From a virus, in IMG/VR virus record IMGVR_UViG_3300026488_000026, positions 14,937 to 78,936 of that record: 64,000 nucleotides of DNA; one strand, 5' to 3'. This document shows positions 8,398 through 16,696 of the stretch, in pieces. A model generated the notes under the pieces. It searched no databases. It saw nothing but the letters and a program-made list of their open reading frames with translations, and was not told the origin of the DNA. Made by a program: the position numbers and the translations under genes. Numbering within the stretch: the first letter of the stretch is position 1; every line of letters begins with the position of its first letter.

Positions 8398-9756
8398 TTA
8401 TACAACTTGAATTTGTAAATTTTGTAATTTCCACCAACCACTTGTTAAATAACGCAAAGCACCAACAGCTAAGTCAAAATGCCCATCTTTGTTTCTTTCT
8501 ATTGTTTTTCCATTTGAATTTTCTTTCCAATGAGCCAACTTTAATTCTTCTATTAATTGCATACAATTTTCAGATATAAATAATTTTCCTTTTTGAAATG
8601 CTGTGTTAATGTCCCTAATGCTTTCTACTAATTGAATTGGTGCGGGTTGTGTATAGTAGTTATAGCTATATGCCATATCAGCCATTGTCAAACTTGCACT
8701 TGGGTCACAAAACCTTACAACTTGCATATCAGGATTTTCCGCATATCTTTGTTCTATTTCTCTGAATTGTTTAACATGCCATTCAATAGGCATTTGCCCA
8801 GCTTTATATTCGTCCAAAACATAAATATTGCCCGTCATAGGCTCTACCCAAGCTATAACAAAACTTGTATTATCTCTATAACCTATATCAATTCCTACTA
8901 CAAATGTATCTTTTGTTGTCATTTTGTTTTTCAAATCATTAATTCTAAATACATTTTTTTCTAAATCAAAAGCATAAAATACTTGTAAATCCTCGCTAAA
9001 CCCACTTTGAAACTCACATAAATATTCTTGTTCAAAACTTCTTTTATCAAGTTTAGCTTTAATTGCCTCAATCATTTCTCTTGTTATCATAGGATTATCA
9101 TAAATAGTTACCTTTTTACAAAAATAATCATCGCGTTCAGCACATCTTTTCCATAATTTATAAAAATCATTATCAAAAGTTCTTGGCGTTCCTATAAAAA
9201 AAGTTTTAGAATACATAAAACCATTTTCATCAGTTCCATAATCATTTTGTGCTGGAGAAATATAAGTTTCCCAAATTTCAAGAACATTATTAATACTCGC
9301 GGTTTCATCAAAAATAACCAAACTAAATTTATCTCCAAGTGCATTTTCATAATTTTTTTCAGTAACGACACGAAACTTTGCACCATTTTCTAATGTAAAT
9401 GTTAAACCTTTCATATCTTTTGATTTAAAAGGCAATTGTAATTTGTTTACATCTTTTTCAACATTACTAAAAATAGCTTGTGCATTTGCAAAAGTAGGCG
9501 TTACTAATAATATACTTGAATTTGGAACTAAAAGTTCAGCGGAGGCAATTTTTGACATAACTGTTGATTTACCAGCTCTTCTTGACATTAAAAAAACACC
9601 AACATTAAAATCCCCTTTTTGTATTCTATCAATTATTTCTTGTTGATATTTTGTAGGAGTAAATTCAAAAAGTTTCATTACCTTATTATAATCTATCTTC
9701 TTTTTAACTTTTTTATAAAGCTCTATTTCTTGATTTATAGGTTTAAATTCAGACAT
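8398..9756 (-). CDS. terL: Terminase large subunit (T5-like)
   Basis: SRRAGKS Walker A, VIFDE Walker B, GTP motif, FEQEYLCEF, GIDIG nuclease motif. Confidence 0.95.
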   Translation of the reverse strand: MSEFKPINQEIELYKKVKKKIDYNKVMKLFEFTPTKYQQEIIDRIQKGDFNVGVFLMSRRAGKSTVMSKIASAELLVPNSSILLVTPTFANAQAIFSNVEKDVNKLQLPFKSKDMKGLTFTLENGAKFRVVTEKNYENALGDKFSLVIFDETASINNVLEIWETYISPAQNDYGTDENGFMYSKTFFIGTPRTFDNDFYKLWKRCAERDDYFCKKVTIYDNPMITREMIEAIKAKLDKRSFEQEYLCEFQSGFSEDLQVFYAFDLEKNVFRINDLKNKMTTKDTFVVGIDIGYRDNTSFVIAWVEPMTGNIYVLDEYKAGQMPIEWHVKQFREIEQRYAENPDMQVVRFCDPSASLTMADMAYSYNYYTQPAPIQLVESIRDINTAFQKGKLFISENCMQLIEELKLAHWKENSNGKTIERNKDGHFDLAVGALRYLTSGWWKLQNLQIQVV

Positions 9757-9790
9757 TAAACAATCCTTTTAATAAATTGTAATTTTAAGT

Positions 9791-9798
9791 TATATCAG
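9791..9798 (-). promoter_or_regulatory. Late promoter motif CTGATATA (terL)
   Basis: 35 nt upstream of ATG. Confidence 0.7.
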
Positions 9799-9879
9799 AT
9801 TAAATTTAAGTATAAAAAGAATTGTAAGAAATTTGTTATGAGAGTTTAATGAGTTTTTTCAGATAGGATATAAAAAAAA

Positions 9880-9898
9880 TTCTTTAAGGCTTCGGACA
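9880..9898 (+). repeat. Dispersed 19-bp element, copy 1
   Basis: TTCTTTAAGGCTTCGGACA, identical at 16534-16552 (inverted) and 57425-57443. Confidence 0.9.
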
Positions 9899-9994
9899 GT
9901 TTTAAAATTCCCTAAAATTCGACATTTTAAACTTTTTTTATAAAAAATACTTTATAAAAATCGTCAAAACTCTTGTATAAAATTTTTTACGCTA

Positions 9995-10023
9995 TTGACA
10001 AAATGTAAAAATTTTTTTATAAT
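9995..10023 (+). promoter_or_regulatory. sigma70 promoter
   Basis: TTGACA-17-TATAAT. Confidence 0.85.
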
Positions 10024-10064
10024 TTAAAAAAATTTAAGAACTTATCATAAAAATTAAGGAGGAA

Positions 10065-10313
10065 ATGATGACTGAATTAAGATATATTTGTGATGGATAT
10101 GATTGTTGGCAAACAGGTGATTTAGATGAAATTTGGGAAATAGATAAAGAGGTTGCTGAAAAAGTAATTGAACTTGGTTTTTGCAACGAAAGTGCTAACG
10201 CAAAAGATTTACATTTATGTAAAGAATGTATTAATGAACTTTTAAAAGAATATCCTGATATTTTTGAAGTAGAAGATGAAATGCTATGTTTTAAGGAGGC
10301 AAAAAATGACTAA
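10065..10313 (+). CDS. Hypothetical acidic protein with Cys pairs
   Basis: AGGAGG RBS; CxxxxC and CxxC. Confidence 0.7.
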   Translation: MMTELRYICDGYDCWQTGDLDEIWEIDKEVAEKVIELGFCNESANAKDLHLCKECINELLKEYPDIFEVEDEMLCFKEAKND

Positions 10314-10509
10314 AAAATTTTTAGTTGATTTGATTGTTGTTGGATTAGCACTCATATTTTATGCACTTTTTATTTTAGGGCTAAGTCAAAAGGTTTATAA
10401 CGAGGTTTTTATTAAATATTTTAGCCCTATTATTATCTTTTTAGGTTTTTTGCAGTTAAGTGAATTTTTAGTAAGCATAATTAAATTAATTATAAGAATT
10501 TTAAAATAA
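10306..10509 (+). CDS. Small two-TM membrane protein
   Basis: AGGAGG RBS before ATG 10306; hydrophobic. Confidence 0.7.
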   Translation: MTKKFLVDLIVVGLALIFYALFILGLSQKVYNEVFIKYFSPIIIFLGFLQLSEFLVSIIKLIIRILK

Positions 10510-10526
10510 AAACAAAAAGAGATAAA

Positions 10527-10990
10527 ATGGAATATAGCGTAATAATAAACCTAACTCAACACAAAGCAACAGAAGAACGGAAACAAGCAGGTGTAATTGA
10601 TTTACCAGAAAAATATCAAACAAAACTAAAAACACTTTAAACTTTTGATGAATTACTTACTTGTGAGGAAATTATTAATAGAGCTGAAAAATAAGAGATT
10701 TAGTTTTAGAGTTTTTAACAGATGATTTAAGTCCTGTTAAAAATGAGGTCAAACAAATTTTAAAACTAAATGGAATTAAACAATTTGGGGAGTTTAGAAA
10801 ATTAAATTTAGGTTTTATGCTTGGTGGTGCATCTTATTTGATATGTGTTTTAGAAGAGGAAATAAGTTATTTTGGAACACCTTTATATGCTTTTACAAAA
10901 AGAATTGTAGAGGAAACAAAAAAAGCAGATGGAACAATAGAAAAGAAAGTAATTTTTAAACATGAAGGTTTTGTCCTCACTTGTGTTTAG
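10527..10990 (+). pseudogene. Disrupted Csx20-like (ring-nuclease-related) gene
   Basis: NLTQHKATEE... N-terminus, stop at 10638, frameshift near 10690, then GG..YL...PLYAFTKR.VEE...DG..EKK.IFKHEGF. Confidence 0.65.
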
Positions 10991-11505
10991 TCTTTTATAA
11001 CTTGTTGTAAGATATTTACAAAGACATTTCCTGTTGTTCCCAATTTTTTTCTTTCTTCTTCTTTCATAACATCATCAAGCATTTTAGCAATATCTAAAAT
11101 ATCTTTATCAGTAGCATTTGCAAAATTTCCGCCATGTTTTTCTATTTGTTCTATTTTATCTTCTAATGTTCTCATAATAACTGAAACTACAACATTTTTA
11201 GCATTTTCTTTTATTTCTTTCATAATCGCATTATAAAATTCTTTAACATAAGGTTTTGATAGAGTTCTACTAATGTATTGATAAGGCAAACCAAGTTCTT
11301 TTGCAATTCTTTTATTACTATAACCACGAACTTTCATTTCAACTACATATCTTTCGATTGTTGATAAAGGTTTATCAAAATTAACATTTGTAAATTCAAG
11401 TAAATCAGCTTTTATCTCGCCTTTAGCATTAGCATCAGGTAAATTTTTAAGTTCTTCTTGATTAACAACAGGAACTCCTACAATTTCTTTTGTTTCTTTA
11501 GACAT
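10987..11505 (-). CDS. terS: Terminase small subunit (probable)
   Basis: HTH (GYSNKRIAKELGL) plus helical C-terminus; T5-TerS-like size; near terL. Confidence 0.7.
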   Translation of the reverse strand: MSKETKEIVGVPVVNQEELKNLPDANAKGEIKADLLEFTNVNFDKPLSTIERYVVEMKVRGYSNKRIAKELGLPYQYISRTLSKPYVKEFYNAIMKEIKENAKNVVVSVIMRTLEDKIEQIEKHGGNFANATDKDILDIAKMLDDVMKEEERKKLGTTGNVFVNILQQVIKD

Positions 11506-11728
11506 TAACATTCCTTTTTTCTAATGAGTCAGCAAATTTTAATACTAAATCATTTATTTCATCTTCACTAATTTTAGTTTCTTTGTTTTTACAACATTCA
11601 CAACGACTTTTGTTATCTAATTCGTCTAAATCATTAACATAAAAAATATTAGAACAAGTGCAAACAATTTCATATTTACCAAAATTCTCTAAATATGTAT
11701 AATCAAGCATTGGATTAATTTTTTTCAT
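11498..11728 (-). CDS. Zn-finger hypothetical protein
   Basis: CxC...CxxC; AAGGA RBS. Confidence 0.6.
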   Translation of the reverse strand: MKKINPMLDYTYLENFGKYEIVCTCSNIFYVNDLDELDNKSRCECCKNKETKISEDEINDLVLKFADSLEKRNVNV

Positions 11729-11796
11729 TTTTAGTTCCTTTATTGTATAAAATTTAATCAATTTATTATAACAAATTTAATCAATTTAGTAAATTT

Positions 11797-12111
11797 TTAT
11801 ATTTTTGATTTTATTTTTTTTACAATTTCTACTTCAATTAGATATAATAAATTTGCTCCTTTATGTGCCATAATACCTCCAAAAGCACTTGCTCCATAAA
11901 TACTTACATTAAGCATATCATAAGCAAGAACAAATCCTATTAAACCTAAAAATCCTGCATAAAACAAATCTAATAAATATAGCATTATTTTAGTTTTAAT
12001 AGGTTTGTTTTTCAAATCTCTTTGTGTGAAATTTATTGAAGTAGCCCAAAGTATAAAAATCATTAAAATTATATAAGCTTTTAAAGTTACTTCGTCCCAT
12101 TTATTTTTCAT
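11797..12111 (-). CDS. Holin-like three-TM protein
   Basis: Three hydrophobic segments, GGIMAHKG, basic C-terminus; late promoter upstream. Confidence 0.6.
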   Translation of the reverse strand: MKNKWDEVTLKAYIILMIFILWATSINFTQRDLKNKPIKTKIMLYLLDLFYAGFLGLIGFVLAYDMLNVSIYGASAFGGIMAHKGANLLYLIEVEIVKKIKSKI

Positions 12112-12138
12112 TTTTTACCTTTTATATAATATTACTTA

Positions 12139-12146
12139 TATATCGA
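12139..12146 (-). promoter_or_regulatory. Late promoter motif TCGATATA
   Basis: 28 nt upstream of ATG 12111. Confidence 0.6.
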
Positions 12147-12219
12147 AATGTTAAGGTTTATAAATTATTATTTACTTATTTATTTGTTATAATATTAAAT
12201 AAAATTTTAAAGGTAAAAA

Positions 12220-12945
12220 ATGAAAAAAATTGCTCTTTTATCAGGAGGTAAAGATAGTGTTACAATGGTTGATTTGTTATTAAAAAATAATTATAAAGTA
12301 GATTATATTATTTATAATGACACAAAAATGGAATTTAAAGAAATGTATGAATATATGGAAAGAGTTAAAAAATATTTTAAAGAAAAATACAATAAGGAAA
12401 TTATTACTTTAACTACTGAAAAAGATTATGTTAAAGATTTGTTTCTTAAAAAAAGAAAAAGGGGAGAATATAAAGGTTATTATTATGGTGTTTTATCTAA
12501 AAATCTACCTTTTTGTTGGTGGCGTGATTATGTAAAAAAAGCTCCAATGAATAAATGGTTAAAACAAAATAATATAAAAAATTACTATATGTATATTGGT
12601 TTTTCAAATAATGAAAAAAGAAGAGCTAAAAGGTTTAAAAGAAACAATCCTAACGCTATTTTTCCACTTATTGAATATTTTGATATGAGTGAAAATGATT
12701 GTTTAGAATATACTAAACAAATAAATTTATATAATCCTTTATATGATTATTTTCAAAGAACAGGATGTAGATTGTGTCCTTATCGTAAAAAAGAAGATAT
12801 TTATAAAATTTACAAATATTTTCCTAATGTTTGGGAGGAATATAAAAAAATGGAAGAATTATTTGAAAATAAAGGGAAAGTTATTAGTAGGTATTTTTTC
12901 GATAAACCAATAAAAGAATTAGAAAGAGAATTTAAAATAATTTAG
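12220..12945 (+). CDS. PAPS reductase-family protein
   Basis: SGGKDS PP-loop, DT..EF, RTGCRLCP; extended -10 TGnTATAAT at 12185-12193. Confidence 0.85.
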   Translation: MKKIALLSGGKDSVTMVDLLLKNNYKVDYIIYNDTKMEFKEMYEYMERVKKYFKEKYNKEIITLTTEKDYVKDLFLKKRKRGEYKGYYYGVLSKNLPFCWWRDYVKKAPMNKWLKQNNIKNYYMYIGFSNNEKRRAKRFKRNNPNAIFPLIEYFDMSENDCLEYTKQINLYNPLYDYFQRTGCRLCPYRKKEDIYKIYKYFPNVWEEYKKMEELFENKGKVISRYFFDKPIKELEREFKII

Positions 12946-13276
12946 GTAATTTATATTTAAAGAAATGATAAAACTTTACAGCATAATAAAAAAGGTAGCT
13001 TGTAAATTTTCCTACTTTTAAATCTAATAAGCAATTTAAAAAGCATTTATCAGCTTTATCATAAAGTTCTAAATCACACAAATAATCATGTAAAATAGCA
13101 CAAGGTAAATAATCAGTTCTATTTGGCGGATAAAAAATCCAAAATATACGCGGAATAGTAGCCCCGTCGCTTATATAACCTTTTGGTATTTTAATGTTTT
13201 TATAATAAAAATCTTTTAAAACTTTAAATTTATGATTTTTTAAAGGTTGTAACCATACATCACTATATTTTAACAT
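12932..13276 (-). CDS. DUF1353-like protein
   Basis: IPKGYISDGATIP...AILHDYL. Confidence 0.85.
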   Translation of the reverse strand: MLKYSDVWLQPLKNHKFKVLKDFYYKNIKIPKGYISDGATIPRIFWIFYPPNRTDYLPCAILHDYLCDLELYDKADKCFLNCLLDLKVGKFTSYLFYYAVKFYHFFKYKLPKLF

Positions 13277-13797
13277 TATTCACCTTCCCAATTTATAGCA
13301 TCAAGTTCTTCTAAACTTACTGCTTTTTTTGCTTTTTTTCTTAATGTTATTTTTTTATTCCATAATGTTGAATAATTAAGTCCTAACTCAACAAGCATCT
13401 TTTTTACTTCCTCAATCGGCACTTCGTGGTCTTTATTGTAATAATCACCTACAATTATTGTTTTTAAGCCTAAATCAAGTGCTAATTCGTAACCTGCTTT
13501 TAATTTTTGTATATCTATAAAATCTGCATCCATTGTAATTCCATTAGAACAAGTAAAGCCATTTTTTATAAAATAATCAAAAGCTGATTTTATTTCTTCA
13601 ATTTTTAATTCTCTTGCTTTTTCTAATATTAATTCCTCATCAGGGACAATATTTCCATTTTCATCAAGTTTATAAAAAGGAAATCTTGCTTCTGGTAATT
13701 TATCCGTTAAAATAAAACCTTCTTTATCTTTATATTCTTCTTCGTTTTCTACATCAATTGGTATTAGTCTTTTTTCTTCATTTACAAAAAATAACAT
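13276..13797 (-). CDS. Tail fibre assembly protein (DUF4376-like)
   Basis: Follows fibre genes; C-terminal A.SLEELDAINW. Confidence 0.75.
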   Translation of the reverse strand: MLFFVNEEKRLIPIDVENEEEYKDKEGFILTDKLPEARFPFYKLDENGNIVPDEELILEKARELKIEEIKSAFDYFIKNGFTCSNGITMDADFIDIQKLKAGYELALDLGLKTIIVGDYYNKDHEVPIEEVKKMLVELGLNYSTLWNKKITLRKKAKKAVSLEELDAINWEGE

Positions 13798-14771
13798 TAT
13801 TTTCCTCCTTCAGTTTTATAAATTAAATCTACTTCACTTTCAGTTAAATTTCTTGTAAAAATTCTTAATCTATCAACAGCTCCTGCTTTTCTATAACTAT
13901 TTGTTACACCCCAACCAAAAACACACAAGTAATTAGAAAAATACATATTATATTTTGAAATTTTACTACAATTTTGTTTTAAAGTTTGTTTTTTTCCATT
14001 AATAAAAATATCCCCATATTCAAATTTTCTAAAATTTGCTGAAACATGAATCCATTTATTTTTATATTTATTAATATCAACCCCAAAATTATCGCCATTA
14101 CCCGTATTAAATCCTAATTTTCCACTCTTACAAATATACAAATCACATTTATAAAATCCTATTGGCATTTGATAATTCATACCATTCCATTTAAACCAAA
14201 AACTAACATTAACTTCTTTAGTATCTTTATTAAAAGGCAATTTATTAATTCTTAGCTGTCCACCATTAGAATAAACAGCTAATTTCTCTTTGCCTTCGAC
14301 ATAAGTTACATCTCCGTTTTTTACAGCTTTATATTTTCCACTTTCATCAGTTAAACTATTATTAAATTTAAACAAAGCAATTCCACTTTTATCGCCAAAA
14401 AAATCAACTTTATCAGCTGGCGGAATGTTCATAATTATTGTTCCTTTATCTCCAATCCAAACATTATCATCTTTATTATTTTTTACACATTCAAATTTTT
14501 CTAATGTTTTAATGTTTAACCAAACAAAACCTTTAAATAAAGGATTAGTTGTTACTTGTGGATTATTTAAACTAATAACATTTGCAATATTTTTTGGTAT
14601 TTTATCAACAATTTTTAGTTTGCCTTGGTTTATTAAATCACGCACACTTTGATTTTCTACATTTTCTTTTAGATAACATTTATAAATAAGATTTTGTTTA
14701 TCAACATTTAAAACTACAACTAAATTATCTTTTTTACCAGAAATTTTACTATCTAAATTTTCAACTAACAT
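13797..14771 (-). CDS. Tail fibre/receptor-binding protein with LamG/ConA domain
   Basis: VSFWFK, KWIHV, IFINGK, DRLRIFTRNLTESEV. Confidence 0.8.
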   Translation of the reverse strand: MLVENLDSKISGKKDNLVVVLNVDKQNLIYKCYLKENVENQSVRDLINQGKLKIVDKIPKNIANVISLNNPQVTTNPLFKGFVWLNIKTLEKFECVKNNKDDNVWIGDKGTIIMNIPPADKVDFFGDKSGIALFKFNNSLTDESGKYKAVKNGDVTYVEGKEKLAVYSNGGQLRINKLPFNKDTKEVNVSFWFKWNGMNYQMPIGFYKCDLYICKSGKLGFNTGNGDNFGVDINKYKNKWIHVSANFRKFEYGDIFINGKKQTLKQNCSKISKYNMYFSNYLCVFGWGVTNSYRKAGAVDRLRIFTRNLTESEVDLIYKTEGGK

Positions 14772-14786
14772 TAAAACTCCTTATTT

Positions 14787-16349
14787 TTAATTAATTTGAT
14801 ATCCCCAAAGTTCATCTTTAAAAACATTACCTTTTCCATCGGTCCAATAAACAACAAAACTTGAATTATCGTTTTCTTTTATCCCACCTAAAACAAAAGC
14901 TGGTTTATCTAATGTTTCTAATAATTTAACAGCATTAGTATCGTTTGCTACAAAATTAATAAATAGCATATTTCTTCTTGTATCATTGCTATTTCCATCA
15001 TTATTAATTAATTTTAGCCCATTAGGTAAATTATAAAATTTAAGGCTATCTTCTTTACAATCAATTTCTATTCTTGTTGCATTGTCTATGTTTGTATATT
15101 TAGAACTTGTAGCCCTAATATGTAGATGTTTTTTATTATCTGAATCATTAAACCAATCAATTCTGGCTTGTGCTGGATAAGCACTGCCTAAACCAAAATT
15201 ATAACCTACCCAGCTACCAGAGCTTGTTGTATTCTTGTAAGCTTGGTATGTTCCTTTATCTCCAGCTACAATATCATAAGCATTAATATTTGAACTTGTA
15301 ACATCAACTGCTAAACCTAATGTTCCCGTAGTCCAATTATATTTTAAACTTTTTCCTAAAGTTGAACTTGCGTTGTAATTATCATTTTGACTTACAACAA
15401 CATCATAATTTACATAATCATTAGTTTTAACAACTAACGCTTTCCATTCATTTGAATTACCTTTCCTTCTAACAATAATTTCTTCAGCTAAATTATCATA
15501 AATTAATTGTCCTCCTTTTGGGTATTCATTAATATCATTTTTCCAATCTTCTATTCTTTGATGAACAACATCTTGAGAGTTTGATGGTAAATAAATCCAA
15601 CCATCATTCCAAAAAACAAAACCTGAATATTTAATTTCTTTATTTGCTACTAATGAAGTTTTACCTTTAAACCAACCAAAATGCCCAGCTGAGTTATAAA
15701 TAACAAGATTTTTATTTTTAAAATCAATCCAATAATATCCATCTTCTGGCGTTCCTTGTCCTGTTGGCGGGTAGCCTGTAACATAATTAATACGATTTTC
15801 AATAGAACGATTAAAATCCCAACCAAAATCCCCACGAGCTTTTATAGCATTATTACGACCACAATATAAATTATAATCTTTTGTATCTCCATAAATAGGA
15901 ATACCAGCTCCTATAACGCCATATTGATTAACAGCAAATTGAACTTGTGATGTATAAGCTTGTATAACTTTTTCGCTATGTGTAAAAATTCTTAAAGGCG
16001 TAACATTTTTACTATCAACAGTTGTATCAATATTTAATGCTGAGTTTGTTCCTTGTGGGTTGTGTTGTAAATATGGACTTGTTATTGCTTTATCTCCATC
16101 AGTTTTATATAAAAATTTATTTTTTTCTCCTTCAATTGTAGTTCCATATTTTATTTTTAAAAGTTGTCCGTTTGAAATTGCGTCATTAACTGTAACTCCA
16201 ACAACTTCATTTGGATCAACTACTAAAACATAATGTTCAAATACATCAGAACTAATAGCAACTTTTAAAATATCTCCTCTTTTAAATTTATCAAGTTTTG
16301 AAAATTTAGTATCTACTATTGCTATTTCTGTATGAGTTGGGATTGCCAT
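14787..16349 (-). CDS. Tail fibre protein
   Basis: Gly/Asn/Trp-rich; heads the fibre operon. Confidence 0.65.
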   Translation of the reverse strand: MAIPTHTEIAIVDTKFSKLDKFKRGDILKVAISSDVFEHYVLVVDPNEVVGVTVNDAISNGQLLKIKYGTTIEGEKNKFLYKTDGDKAITSPYLQHNPQGTNSALNIDTTVDSKNVTPLRIFTHSEKVIQAYTSQVQFAVNQYGVIGAGIPIYGDTKDYNLYCGRNNAIKARGDFGWDFNRSIENRINYVTGYPPTGQGTPEDGYYWIDFKNKNLVIYNSAGHFGWFKGKTSLVANKEIKYSGFVFWNDGWIYLPSNSQDVVHQRIEDWKNDINEYPKGGQLIYDNLAEEIIVRRKGNSNEWKALVVKTNDYVNYDVVVSQNDNYNASSTLGKSLKYNWTTGTLGLAVDVTSSNINAYDIVAGDKGTYQAYKNTTSSGSWVGYNFGLGSAYPAQARIDWFNDSDNKKHLHIRATSSKYTNIDNATRIEIDCKEDSLKFYNLPNGLKLINNDGNSNDTRRNMLFINFVANDTNAVKLLETLDKPAFVLGGIKENDNSSFVVYWTDGKGNVFKDELWGYQIN

Positions 16350-16380
16350 TTTAAATTTCTCCTTATTATGACTTTATTTA

Positions 16381-16388
16381 TATATCAG
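16381..16388 (-). promoter_or_regulatory. Late promoter motif CTGATATA
   Basis: 32 nt upstream of ATG 16349. Confidence 0.7.
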
Positions 16389-16533
16389 TTTATTTATTGT
16401 TTAAATAAGATACAATTTTGTAAAAAATTTTATACAAGAGTTTTGCTTAAATTTTACTCATTTTATAAAAAATTTTTTATACTAAAATTGTTAAAATATC
16501 CGTAAATTCGAGCTTTTGTAGTTTATCAAAAAG

Positions 16534-16552
16534 TGTCCGAAGCCTTAAAGAA
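16534..16552 (-). repeat. Dispersed 19-bp element, copy 2 (inverted)
   Basis: Reverse complement of 9880-9898; flanks 16417-16570 partly mirror 9860-9990. Confidence 0.9.
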
Positions 16553-16642
16553 AATTTTTTATTCCATCTAAATTTTCATTTATTTATTTTATTTTTGTAT
16601 CTAAAATTACAAAAATAAAAGTTGTAATTTATAAATTTAATA

Positions 16643-16671
16643 TTGACATTAATAAATTCTTATGATAAAAT
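16643..16671 (+). promoter_or_regulatory. sigma70 promoter
   Basis: TTGACA-17-TAAAAT with TG extension. Confidence 0.8.
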
Positions 16672-16696
16672 TAAAATAAAAAAGAAAGGAGCATAA

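Noticed and set aside
9888-9898. C(UUCG)G tetraloop terminator in the 19-bp element
   Set aside because: Flanks do not form a stem; element occurs in both orientations
10276-10287. ATGAAATGCTAT match to 26010-26021 as an extra sRNA target
   Set aside because: 12-nt AT-rich match inside a CDS and not at the supported start; likely chance
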